DNA of 62,796 nucleotides from an uncultured Bacilli bacterium (GTDB taxonomy: Bacteria; Bacillota_I; Bacilli_A; RF39; UBA660), in the NCBI GenBank assembly GCA_944331715.1, contig CALVIP010000003.1:1-62796 (forward strand). Reading direction: 5' to 3'. How positions within the stretch are numbered: position 1 is the first letter of the stretch; every line of letters starts with the position of its first letter. Shown here one piece after another: positions 1 to 9,088 of this stretch. Under the pieces are notes generated by a model. It worked only from the letters and a program-made list of their open reading frames with translations. It was not told the DNA's origin and did not search any database. A program made the position numbers and the translations under genes.

Positions 1-246
1 AATCATTGGTCAGTAGAAAATAAATTACATTTTCATTTAGATTTTACATTTAGAGAAGATGCAAATACAACAAAGAACAAAGATGCTTTAATGAACTTAC
101 AGATAATAAATAAATTTACGTTAGGGATATTAAATAAAGTTAAACCTTATTATAACAATATAAGTTTAAAGAAAATAAGAAAGACAATAACTTTTAATTT
201 TGAGAAAAACTTTATAACAATGCTTTGTTATTTAGCTTTATGTTAG
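1..246 (+). mobile_element. 3' end of ISAs1-family transposase (runs off window start)
   Basis: Frame 1 reads NHWSVENKLHFHLDFTFREDANT...LCYLALC*; HW-x-x-EN-x-LH-x-x-LD-x-x-F-x-ED is the conserved C-terminal ISAs1 motif. Not in ORF track. Confidence 0.85.
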
Positions 247-264
247 TTAATGGTTTTTCTATAT

Positions 265-310
265 AAAAAAGCCATAAAACCTTTATATATCAAAGATTCT
301 ACGGCTTTTT
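265..310. repeat. Imperfect palindrome just after the transposase stop
   Basis: AAAAAAGCC ATAAAACCTTTATATATCAAAGATTCTAC GGCTTTTT; possible terminator or IS-end structure. Confidence 0.5.
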
Positions 311-403
311 AACTTTTTTTCATTATTTTATCCTGTCGATTTTCATCCAAAAAAACGCAATTTCCTTATAGATAAAAAATGTTAGGGACAATTTCCTAAC
401 ATT

Positions 404-1285
404 TTATTTATTCTTTTCCATCATTTTCTTAGCCATTTTTAAGATAAATTTATTAGTTGCAGGTACTTTTTCTCTGTCTTTCTTATAACCTAGTGTTTTT
501 AGAGAACTATCACTAGAATCAACACACAAATCTACTCCAGAGATAAAACTAGCCATGCTGGATCCTAAAAATACAATAGGTCCTGCCATTTCCTCACTAG
601 TAGCAAGACGATGAGCGACTCCTGTTTCAGCAAGTAGAGCTTCTTCTCCACCAGCCATCTTTTCAAATTCATCTTTCATGCCTGTATCAGTAGAGCCTGG
701 CATTACATTATTAACTCTAATACCTTGTTTACCTAGTTTAACTGATGCTTCACATGCATACTCTGATAAACATCTTTTAGAATACATATAGGCAAAAGTT
801 GAAGGAGATATTTTTGCAAGAGGTTCTACTACCCTCTCTACTTCTTCCCAAGTACCTGCATTTACTACTTTACTTTGCTCTTTTCTAAACTCTTTCCAAT
901 TAAGACCTGCAGTACTAGTTACATAGACAATACTGTCACCCTTACTCATTCTCTTAGTTAAATACTCTTCTGTAATATAGAAGTTTGCAGTATAATTACA
1001 ATTAAAAGTTGTCATATAATCTGTTTTAGAACCTGATAATCCTGCTACTCCAAAAAAACAGTCAATATGTTCAGGAAGTTTACTAAATAAGTTATCTATT
1101 TCTTCTTTTTTAGACAAATCACACTTTATAAACTCAGTTATTCCCTTAACATCACAAGGATTTAAGTCAACTGCATAACATCTAGCTCCTAAATCAACTA
1201 ACATTTCTACTGTTGCCTTACCCATACCGCTACTAGCTCCTGTTACTACACAAACTTTATCCTTATAACCAAAATAATCTTTCAT
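404..1285 (-). CDS. SDR family oxidoreductase (3-alpha-HSDH/carbonyl reductase-like)
   Basis: TGASSGMG Rossmann motif, YMYSK catalytic YxxxK, NNVMPG motif. Confidence 0.9.
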   Translation of the reverse strand: MKDYFGYKDKVCVVTGASSGMGKATVEMLVDLGARCYAVDLNPCDVKGITEFIKCDLSKKEEIDNLFSKLPEHIDCFFGVAGLSGSKTDYMTTFNCNYTANFYITEEYLTKRMSKGDSIVYVTSTAGLNWKEFRKEQSKVVNAGTWEEVERVVEPLAKISPSTFAYMYSKRCLSEYACEASVKLGKQGIRVNNVMPGSTDTGMKDEFEKMAGGEEALLAETGVAHRLATSEEMAGPIVFLGSSMASFISGVDLCVDSSDSSLKTLGYKKDREKVPATNKFILKMAKKMMEKNK

Positions 1286-1374
1286 ATAAATCCTACCTTT
1301 CTAACTAAAGTATAGATAGACAAAAGAAAAAAGTAAATAATTTATTAAAAATTAGATACTTTTTTACAGTATAT

Positions 1375-1529
1375 ATGATTTTCTAGTAGAATAATTTATT
1401 ACTCGCGGGCCATCTACAAGCGAGATAATCTGCAGTGTAGAATAATTTATTACTCGCATCCATCTACAAGCGAGAACATCTCCGTAAAAAGAAAATCATC
1501 TTACATATATTATATGAAGTTTCCCTCAT
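1375..1529 (-). ncRNA. Array C: two pseudoknot repeats (orphan type III antitoxin-like RNA) with leader hairpin and closing stem
   Basis: Repeats at 1386-1425 and 1437-1475; minus strand CUCGC-UU-GUAGA-UGG(AU/CCC)-GCGAG-UAAUAAAUUAU-UCUAC; 10-bp inverted repeat 1375-1384/1490-1499; leader AUGAGG-GAAA-CUUCAU at 1514-1529. Confidence 0.65.
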
Positions 1530-1542
1530 CTAATACGTTTTA

Positions 1543-1572
1543 ATCATATCATAAATGGTACTAGTATGTAAA
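1543..1572 (-). promoter_or_regulatory. sigma-A-type promoter of array C
   Basis: TTTACA-18 nt-TATGAT with extended TG. Confidence 0.65.
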
Positions 1573-1587
1573 GATATTTTTTTATTT

Positions 1588-1764
1588 TCATTTTTTACTT
1601 TTTTTAAACTTATTTTTTGTTTTTTTAGGTTTCTCTTCATCAAAATCAATAATACCTTCCCATTCAAAAGGTTTAAGTCCTTTAACAGCTTCACCTGCAG
1701 AAATTATTGGACGCTTTTGTTGAAAAAAGCCTTCAGGAAACTTTGTTATGTTTTTCTTTGCCAT
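1588..1764 (-). CDS. 58-aa basic small protein (candidate antitoxin), below ORF-track cutoff
   Basis: MAKKNITKFPEGFFQQKRPIISAGEAVKGLKPFEWEGIIDFDEEKPKKTKNKFKKSKK; RBS GGGAGGG; own promoter TTGACT-17-TAATAT at 1802-1830. Confidence 0.7.
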   Translation of the reverse strand: MAKKNITKFPEGFFQQKRPIISAGEAVKGLKPFEWEGIIDFDEEKPKKTKNKFKKSKK

Positions 1765-1859
1765 ATAACATTCCCTCCCATATAGAATTTAATACAATTA
1801 TATATTATCATTAATGTAACAAGCAGTCAATATTTTTAAATACCATTAACAAAATTAAA

Positions 1860-2267
1860 TTATAAATTTGTAATAGTATCTTTATTTTTATTTTCAACAT
1901 TTAAACTTATAACTAATTTTATTAACTTATCTAACATATCATCACTTAAACGACCAATTACTTTATATTCTATTTTATCTTTCTTAAAGTAGAATAAATC
2001 GTCTGCCCTAATATAACCAGTTTTGTTGTTAACATTTCTACCTTTAATTTTATTAGGTACTATCTCTAGATTACTTTTAATTTTTAACTTTCTTTTCTTA
2101 TGGTTTTCACTATGAAAACTACACATAATATTAGAAATGAAATCATATGAGTAACTCTCTATTATCCCTGCCTCATCACTGATTACCACAAAAGAGTGTT
2201 TAGGAACAACAGTGCCATTCCTATCTTTAAATTCCTTAACAACAATTATGTCTCCAACTCTACACAT
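1860..2267 (-). CDS. PemK/MazF-fold-like protein (candidate toxin)
   Basis: Likely start MCRVGDIIVV (RBS AAGGAGG); GDI..V, HSFVVIS and GYIRADDL pattern resemble MazF/Kid fold; palindrome ACACAAG/CTTGTGT upstream at 2293-2314. Confidence 0.5.
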   Translation of the reverse strand: MCRVGDIIVVKEFKDRNGTVVPKHSFVVISDEAGIIESYSYDFISNIMCSFHSENHKKRKLKIKSNLEIVPNKIKGRNVNNKTGYIRADDLFYFKKDKIEYKVIGRLSDDMLDKLIKLVISLNVENKNKDTITNL

Positions 2268-2363
2268 AGATACCCTCCTTTCTTTAATATTCACACAAGA
2301 AGAAATACTTGTGTCTACTATATAATTAACGATATCTTTATTTTTGCTCTTTTAATTCAACAC

Positions 2364-2397
2364 AAAAAAACTAGAGTTTTTCCTCTAGTCTCTTTTC
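2364..2397 (-). terminator. Intrinsic terminator after pheT
   Basis: ACTAGAG...CTCTAGT hairpin with T-tract on minus strand. Confidence 0.7.
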
Positions 2398-2413
2398 TAT
2401 TCTTTTAACTTTA

Positions 2414-4780
2414 TTACTTATCTCTTAATTCTACATCTAAAGATGTTGTTACTTTCTTAATGATATTATCAAATACATTCATAACTTCTTCATCAGTTAA
2501 TGTTCTATTACTATCCATAAATGTTAGATTATAGGCAATAGACTTTTTATTATTATCAAGTTTTTCATAAACATCGAATACCTTAATGTCACTAAGTAAT
2601 CTTCCTCCTGCTTTTTTAATAACTGTCTCTACTTCACTTGATAGCATAGCCTTAGGAACAATGAATGCTACATCTTTAACGATTGTTGGATATTTTGATG
2701 CTTCTTTATATTTTAATGGTTTAACTTTAGTCATTAAAGCATTTAAAGATAACTCACAAACATATACTTCATCCTTACATACTTTAGGATGAACTCTACC
2801 CATAATACCTATTCTTTTACGGTCAAGTAAAATATCTGCAGAAATTCCTGGATGTAAGTCTGAGACATTACTTTTAACAAAACTATAACGGTTTTTAAAG
2901 CCTAGATAATCAAGAATACTTTCTACTATTCCTTTCATTAGATAGAAGTCTACTTTCATAGAGCCTTTCCAAGAATTAGTAATATAATTACCTTTCATTA
3001 AGAATGCAATTTTAGATTCCTCAGTATAAGCTTTATCATAAGTTTTAGCGATCTCATAGATATTTATATCTTCTACTTTACGAGCTTTATTATAATTATA
3101 AACATTCATTAATGATGGAATTAAACTTGTTCTAACAACACTCTTATCAATACTCATTGGATTAGGTAAAGTAATTCTTTCTTTTTCTTCATAATCAAAG
3201 CTAGAAGCCATTGAAGGTGATACTAAAGTATAAGTTTTAACTTCATTAAGTCCTAAACTTCTAAGACGTTTAGATATAGCTTTACGGTATTTAACATCTC
3301 CAACATACTCACCACGTTTTACTTCAATATTAGGAAGAGTTCCTTTTATATTTTGATAACCATAAAGTCTACCAATCTCTTCTGCTATATCATTAACATT
3401 AGAGTCAATATCTAGTCTTCTACTAGGAATAGTTACAGTAAATTTACCATCTTTAATAGTATATGGAAAGTCTAGTCTTTCTAACTCATGTTTCATATCT
3501 TTTTCATCTATTTTAAGTCCTAGCATTTTGTCTACTTCAATAGGATAGAATTCTACTACTTTAGGAGTCTTATCTAGTTTATCGTGCATAACAGTTCCAG
3601 AAAGAACAGTTGCATTAGCATATTTTTCTAATAAGTGGCAAGCTCTATCAAGGGCCATATTAGTATATTCGTAACTTAATCCTTTACCATATCTTATACT
3701 AGCTTCACTTCTAAGGTCTAAATGACTAGCAGTATATCTAATACTAACAGGATCAAAGATAGCTGCTTCTATCAAGATATTTTTAGTAGTAGGTTCTACT
3801 TCAGTATTAAGTCCTCCCATAACACCGGCAACACAAATAGCGTCACTACCATTACTAATAACAATATCACTATTTTTTAAAGTTCTTTCCTTACCATCTA
3901 AAGTAGTAATTAACTCATTATCTTTAGCATCTCTAACTAATATTTTATCACCTAGAGAGTCTTTATCAAAGAAATGAAGTGGTTGACCAAACTCTAACAT
4001 AACATAATTAGAAATATCAACAACATTGTTTATTGGTCTCATACCTACTGATAATAATCTTCTTTTAATAAAATCAGGTGACTCTTTAATTTCAACATTA
4101 GTAACCATCTTTGCTAAGTAATAAGGACATTTAGGTGTATCAACTTCTAGTTTAAAATGATTATTAACGTTATCTTTATCTTCTTTATAAGATAAATCAG
4201 GTAATTTTACTTTTCTATTTAATATTGCAGATATTTCATAAGCAAAACCAATATGATAGTAACAGTCATTATTACGATGTTTATGAATATCTAACTCATA
4301 TAAAGTATCTTCTAATCCTAAATATACAAGAGGGTCTTTTCCAACAGGAGCAGTTTCAGTTAATTCTTCAATACCTTTAGCATAAGTCTCATCAGTCTTC
4401 TCTTCAAGACCTAATTCATATAAAGCACAAATCATACCATTAGATTCTACTCCTCTAATCTTACTTGATTTGATAGCAAAGTCACCTGGAAGCACAGCAC
4501 CTGGTAATGCTACTATTACTTTAAGTCCTTCACGTACATTAGGAGCACCACAAACTATTTGTTGTAGTTCTTCTTTACCTATATCTACCTGACATAAATG
4601 TAAATGGTCACTATCTGGATGGTCTATACAACTAACAACTTTACCAATTACTAAATTATCTATTTTATTAGTAATAACTTTTTCAATATTAATACCAGAT
4701 TCTGTTATTTTAACTGCAAGCTTCTCTAAATCTTGATCACTTATATCAATATAATCTTTTACCCATTCTAAATTAATCAT
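2414..4780 (-). CDS. pheT: Phenylalanyl-tRNA synthetase beta subunit
   Basis: VCGAPNV tRNA-binding domain, RPINNVVDISNYVMLEFGQPLHFFD, FDX-ACB C-terminus; start refined to MINLEWV. Confidence 0.97.
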   Translation of the reverse strand: MINLEWVKDYIDISDQDLEKLAVKITESGINIEKVITNKIDNLVIGKVVSCIDHPDSDHLHLCQVDIGKEELQQIVCGAPNVREGLKVIVALPGAVLPGDFAIKSSKIRGVESNGMICALYELGLEEKTDETYAKGIEELTETAPVGKDPLVYLGLEDTLYELDIHKHRNNDCYYHIGFAYEISAILNRKVKLPDLSYKEDKDNVNNHFKLEVDTPKCPYYLAKMVTNVEIKESPDFIKRRLLSVGMRPINNVVDISNYVMLEFGQPLHFFDKDSLGDKILVRDAKDNELITTLDGKERTLKNSDIVISNGSDAICVAGVMGGLNTEVEPTTKNILIEAAIFDPVSIRYTASHLDLRSEASIRYGKGLSYEYTNMALDRACHLLEKYANATVLSGTVMHDKLDKTPKVVEFYPIEVDKMLGLKIDEKDMKHELERLDFPYTIKDGKFTVTIPSRRLDIDSNVNDIAEEIGRLYGYQNIKGTLPNIEVKRGEYVGDVKYRKAISKRLRSLGLNEVKTYTLVSPSMASSFDYEEKERITLPNPMSIDKSVVRTSLIPSLMNVYNYNKARKVEDINIYEIAKTYDKAYTEESKIAFLMKGNYITNSWKGSMKVDFYLMKGIVESILDYLGFKNRYSFVKSNVSDLHPGISADILLDRKRIGIMGRVHPKVCKDEVYVCELSLNALMTKVKPLKYKEASKYPTIVKDVAFIVPKAMLSSEVETVIKKAGGRLLSDIKVFDVYEKLDNNKKSIAYNLTFMDSNRTLTDEEVMNVFDNIIKKVTTSLDVELRDK

Positions 4781-5822
4781 TACTACTAATCTCCCCTCTA
4801 TCAAAATTATTAACTTCTCTTAAGTCTGTATTATAGAAAACTCTTAAGTCATTAATACCATATTTAAGCATAGCAACTCTCTCTGCTCCAAAACCAAAGG
4901 CAAAACCACTCCAAACACTAGGATCAAAACCACTCATTCTAAGAACATCTGGATGAACTACTCCTGCTCCACAGATAGTAATAAATCCTGTATTTTTACA
5001 AATATTACAACCATCACCTTTACAATTAAAACAACTAATATCTACTTCAACTGATGGTTCTGTAAACTGATAATAACTTGGTCTTAATCTAACTTCAACA
5101 CTATCACCAAATAACTTTTTAAATACAACTTCAAAAGTACCTTTTAAGTCAGATAGTGATATATCTTTATCTACAAGTAATCCTTCTATTTGCATAAATT
5201 GATGAGAATGAGTCGCATCATCATCATCTCTTCTATAAGTCTTACCAGGACAAATAACTCTAACTGGTTTCTTACCTTCCGCTTTTAACATTGTCCTAAC
5301 TTGAACTGGTGAAGTTTGACTTCTAAGTAATATCTCTTCTCCTTCAATATAGAATGTATCTTGAGCATCTCTTGCAGGATGTCCTTTAGGTATATTTAAC
5401 ATCTCAAAGTTATATTTATCTTCCTCAACTTCAGGTCCATCAACTACATCATAACCCATAGACATAAAGATTTCTTCTACTTCTTCTATTAATTTCTCTA
5501 AGATATTAGGAGAACCTATACTAACTTTAGTAGAAGGTAAACTAATATCAATAGATTCACTTTCTAACTTTTTATTTAACTCATCAGTTTCAAGTTTCTC
5601 TTTCAATGCATTATACTTTTCATTAAAGTAAGTTCTTAGTGAATTAACTTCCATACCGAACTCTTTTTTCTTATCATTAGGAACATCTTTAATCTTACTA
5701 TTAAGTTCTGTAATAATACCTTTCTTACTTAAATATTTAATGTGTAGTTCATTAAGTTCTTTTAAGTCTTTAACACTTTCTAAATCTTTCTCAATTTCTT
5801 TTTTAATATCTTCTATATTCAT
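4773..5822 (-). CDS. pheS: Phenylalanyl-tRNA synthetase alpha subunit
   Basis: HPARDAQDTFY, LRSQTSPVQ, FTEPSVEVD, GFAFGFGAERVAML motifs. Confidence 0.98.
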   Translation of the reverse strand: MNIEDIKKEIEKDLESVKDLKELNELHIKYLSKKGIITELNSKIKDVPNDKKKEFGMEVNSLRTYFNEKYNALKEKLETDELNKKLESESIDISLPSTKVSIGSPNILEKLIEEVEEIFMSMGYDVVDGPEVEEDKYNFEMLNIPKGHPARDAQDTFYIEGEEILLRSQTSPVQVRTMLKAEGKKPVRVICPGKTYRRDDDDATHSHQFMQIEGLLVDKDISLSDLKGTFEVVFKKLFGDSVEVRLRPSYYQFTEPSVEVDISCFNCKGDGCNICKNTGFITICGAGVVHPDVLRMSGFDPSVWSGFAFGFGAERVAMLKYGINDLRVFYNTDLREVNNFDRGEISSND

Positions 5823-5823
5823 A

Positions 5824-6447
5824 TTAATACATCTCCTTTATCTTAATTAATCTTTTTATATGAGGAACATCTACATCTTTTTTAGGACTATAGTAAATTG
5901 TATTAAGTCCTGCATTCCTCGCTCCTACTATATCTTTATCATAATTATCTCCTATCATAACACATTTACTAGGTTTATAAGGACCACAAGCATGAAGAAA
6001 ACCTTCTTTACTAGGTTTCATATATTTTTCTGCTCCTATAATTTCTTTAAAGTATGAATCTAGTCCTAATTTCTTAAGCCTTCCTACTTGAGTATTAGTA
6101 AATGCATTTGAATATATTACATTCTCTATTCCTAATTCATTTAAATAATCAAGAACTTCTACTGCCCCAGGATGTATACATTCATTAACATTTATCATAT
6201 AATTAGCCCATTCATCTATTAACTCTGGACTTATATGAACCCCTGTGTTTATACTGAGAAAACCACTTAACATTTTTATGTCATATTTAGGATATCTTCT
6301 TTCATAAGCCCCAAGTAAACCAAACCATTTACCAATAAACTTTGTATAGTCTTCTTCACTTAAATTATCTTTAAATAACTTCTCTTCTATAGAAAAATCT
6401 CCATCTAAAATAGTACCATCAAGGTCCCAAATAAATCGTTTAATCAT
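5824..6447 (-). CDS. HAD-family hydrolase
   Basis: WDLDGT motif I, KP and GDNYDKD motifs. Confidence 0.9.
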   Translation of the reverse strand: MIKRFIWDLDGTILDGDFSIEEKLFKDNLSEEDYTKFIGKWFGLLGAYERRYPKYDIKMLSGFLSINTGVHISPELIDEWANYMINVNECIHPGAVEVLDYLNELGIENVIYSNAFTNTQVGRLKKLGLDSYFKEIIGAEKYMKPSKEGFLHACGPYKPSKCVMIGDNYDKDIVGARNAGLNTIYYSPKKDVDVPHIKRLIKIKEMY

Positions 6448-6461
6448 AACCTTCCTCCTAA

Positions 6462-6670
6462 AATAAAAAATAACTATAACTTAAGGGTGTTAAACTAACA
6501 CTGTACCACCTTAATTTATAGTTATTGTAACTATCTCATTAATCTTAACGCGAATTAACGCCTACAATTTTGTTATAGGAACTCTTAAGACGAATTCATA
6601 AACTATTCTTATCTATTTCCACCTACCATAGACTCTCTAAAAAAGAAATCATTTACTACTACTTCTTAAT
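6462..6670 (-). promoter_or_regulatory. T-box riboswitch (Phe)
   Basis: AGAGAG..GGUGGAAA stem I motifs, GAA-UUC specifier (UUC at 6592-6594), AAGGUGGUACAG T-box at 6501-6512, terminator with U-tract; upstream of HAD-pheS-pheT. Confidence 0.85.
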
Positions 6671-6727
6671 CACAGTCATTTCAAAAATTACTATACCATA
6701 TTTAAAAGTTAATTGTAAATAGAAAAT

Positions 6728-7258
6728 TTATTTTAATAAATCTGCAAGATACAATTCATCTTTATCATGTTTCTTCATATGTTTATATTTTTTAATATTA
6801 TCGACAAGTTTATTTATTCTTTTCCCACCATAATAATTTTCTAAAAACACATTAGATTGATTATATCTTACACCATCATATATAATATTTCTTTTAGCAA
6901 AATCCTTAGGACTTTCTTTACTTTTATTAAATTCATTTATTAAATTTTCATTTATTATAAGTAATATTTCCATTTCAGGTTTAGTACAAAACTTAAAAAT
7001 ATTCTCCCTTAAAACAATCTTCTTTAAATCTTTAGGTATCACTAACACATCTTTTTGAGTATCACCTATTCTATAAATAATAACGGAGTTATTATAATGT
7101 TTTAATTCAGTTTTAATTACTGGATTTTTAAGTTGCCTTACATTATATGGTCTTCTACCTATCAAATCATCCCTTGTAACTTTTAATTTATTGTTATCAA
7201 GTAACAAATTTATTAGTGTTTCTTCATTAGTGCCTTCACACATAATTAAATATTTCAT
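6728..7258 (-). CDS. TOPRIM/RloB-like protein, partner of the adjacent ATPase
   Basis: N-terminal LIMCEGTNE (TOPRIM glutamate motif), GDTQKD; abuts the ATPase gene. Confidence 0.55.
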   Translation of the reverse strand: MKYLIMCEGTNEETLINLLLDNNKLKVTRDDLIGRRPYNVRQLKNPVIKTELKHYNNSVIIYRIGDTQKDVLVIPKDLKKIVLRENIFKFCTKPEMEILLIINENLINEFNKSKESPKDFAKRNIIYDGVRYNQSNVFLENYYGGKRINKLVDNIKKYKHMKKHDKDELYLADLLK

Positions 7259-8416
7259 TTACATTAATTCCTTTTTAAAACTCATCAATGATTCATAATT
7301 AACATTTGTATCAAAGGCATTTGCATAAAATTTATTACTTTTTGATAATTCAGGTCTAAAATTATATTTCATATGCATATTTTCTAATGTTATATTTTTA
7401 TCGTATTTACTAATATAAATGTTATCATTTCTATTAAATAAATCTAAAAGTTCACAATAATGAGTAGTAAAAATTAAAGTAGCATTTTTCTTATTTACTG
7501 ATTTATCTTTATATAAATTAACTAAATTCTCTACAAGAGTTTTATGAAAATGATTTTCTATCTCATCAATTATAAGATCACACCCACTTTTAAGTGAAAA
7601 AACAACAAACGTAAATAAACAAAAACCTTTAGTAGTTCCGCTAGATAAAATAGCATACAACTCCTTTATTGAAACTTCTTTTGTTTTTCTATCTGAGTAA
7701 ACTATCTTAAATTTATTTTCATTGATCATTTCAATTGTTCCAAGATGTTCATCAAACATTTTTAAAATAGATGATATTATATCTAAATTATTATTTAATA
7801 ATTTATAAAGACTAAAAGCATTAACATAATTACGATATGCAAAATCATCACTTGGGCAATATAAACCTCTCATAGTAATATTTTTAAATAATGAATAAAT
7901 AATTGATGTGTCTTCAGGTAAATCTATATTATTAATAACTTCTTGATATTTTTCATATGCAAATAATTTATTTTCATTACAACCATATGTTTTTTGATAT
8001 TCTCTTTTGTACAATTTTTGATTTTTAAACAAAACTATTGTATCATCAAGTGAATTGCTATATAAATCTGTAACATATCTATATAAATAATTATCATGAT
8101 AAAAACAAATGTCTATATTTATAGGCTTATTGGTATATTTAAAAATATCTATTGAACTTTTTATTCTAAAATTAGAAAATATATCATAAATAATAGATAA
8201 CAATTCTACAGTCATTGTTTTCCCAGAAGCATTTTTACCAATTATTCCTACTGTTGTAAAAGTATATAATCCTTCAGCTATTTCATGAAGTTCAAATTCT
8301 TTATCATCAGAAGTCTTATTAGCTTTAGGTACAAAATCAATAGTAAAATTATCTTCACACAATTTAAAATTATTTGCAACTACTCTTAATAATTTCATTT
8401 CAAACCTCCATTTCAC
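7259..8416 (-). CDS. AAA_21/AbiEii-type ABC-like ATPase
   Basis: GKNASGKT Walker A, LSSGT signature, LIIDEIENHFH Walker B, FTTH H-loop; probable start 8398. Confidence 0.85.
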   Translation of the reverse strand: MKWRFEMKLLRVVANNFKLCEDNFTIDFVPKANKTSDDKEFELHEIAEGLYTFTTVGIIGKNASGKTMTVELLSIIYDIFSNFRIKSSIDIFKYTNKPINIDICFYHDNYLYRYVTDLYSNSLDDTIVLFKNQKLYKREYQKTYGCNENKLFAYEKYQEVINNIDLPEDTSIIYSLFKNITMRGLYCPSDDFAYRNYVNAFSLYKLLNNNLDIISSILKMFDEHLGTIEMINENKFKIVYSDRKTKEVSIKELYAILSSGTTKGFCLFTFVVFSLKSGCDLIIDEIENHFHKTLVENLVNLYKDKSVNKKNATLIFTTHYCELLDLFNRNDNIYISKYDKNITLENMHMKYNFRPELSKSNKFYANAFDTNVNYESLMSFKKELM

Positions 8417-8488
8417 AATTAATTATACCACATTTATTTAAAAAAATACATTTTATTTGTGATTTTCGGCATAAAACGTAAGAAAATA

Positions 8489-9043
8489 TCACTCTTTATT
8501 AAGTGAATACTTCTTTTCTAACTCTAAAACTTTCTCTCTTCTTTCATCCATTTCTACTAAATAGTTATAGTTATAATCTCCATCTAAATATTTGGTTAAA
8601 TTTCTAGCCATTAAATTATTCATATAATCATCATAATTATCAGTATAAACCTCTGCATTATATAACTGTTCTATTAAAACTTTTATATCATCAAGTTTTC
8701 TTGTATCATTTGTAATATCTAATCCTTCTAAAACTTTCTTATAATTATCAAAAGCTATTGTACCACTATCTAGTCCTAATAAAATCATTTTTCTAAGTTC
8801 TTTTTTTCTAGGAATAAATATACCTAAGGTACTTCTTACATATAAAGACCCTTTTATAGTAAAACTGTTCCATTCTTTTAAATTATTTATACTATCATAA
8901 ATATCAACACCTATTTGTTTTAACAACAAGTTATAACTATTAATAGAAAGATTACCATTTTTACTTGTCTCTTTATCAATAAACTTTTTCCTATCTTTCA
9001 TGATCTCTAAAGGATAATCAAACTTTTCTTTACCATTAATCAT
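8489..9043 (-). CDS. Hypothetical protein
   Basis: 184-aa ORF with RBS; no recognised motif. Confidence 0.7.
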   Translation of the reverse strand: MINGKEKFDYPLEIMKDRKKFIDKETSKNGNLSINSYNLLLKQIGVDIYDSINNLKEWNSFTIKGSLYVRSTLGIFIPRKKELRKMILLGLDSGTIAFDNYKKVLEGLDITNDTRKLDDIKVLIEQLYNAEVYTDNYDDYMNNLMARNLTKYLDGDYNYNYLVEMDERREKVLELEKKYSLNKE

Positions 9044-9088
9044 AAATACCCCTCTTTCTAATAAAGCATATTATATACGAAAATTTAT

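Noticed and set aside
1555-1785. 76-aa plus-strand ORF
   Set aside because: No RBS; it is the antisense shadow of the 58-aa minus-strand ORF and the array C promoter.
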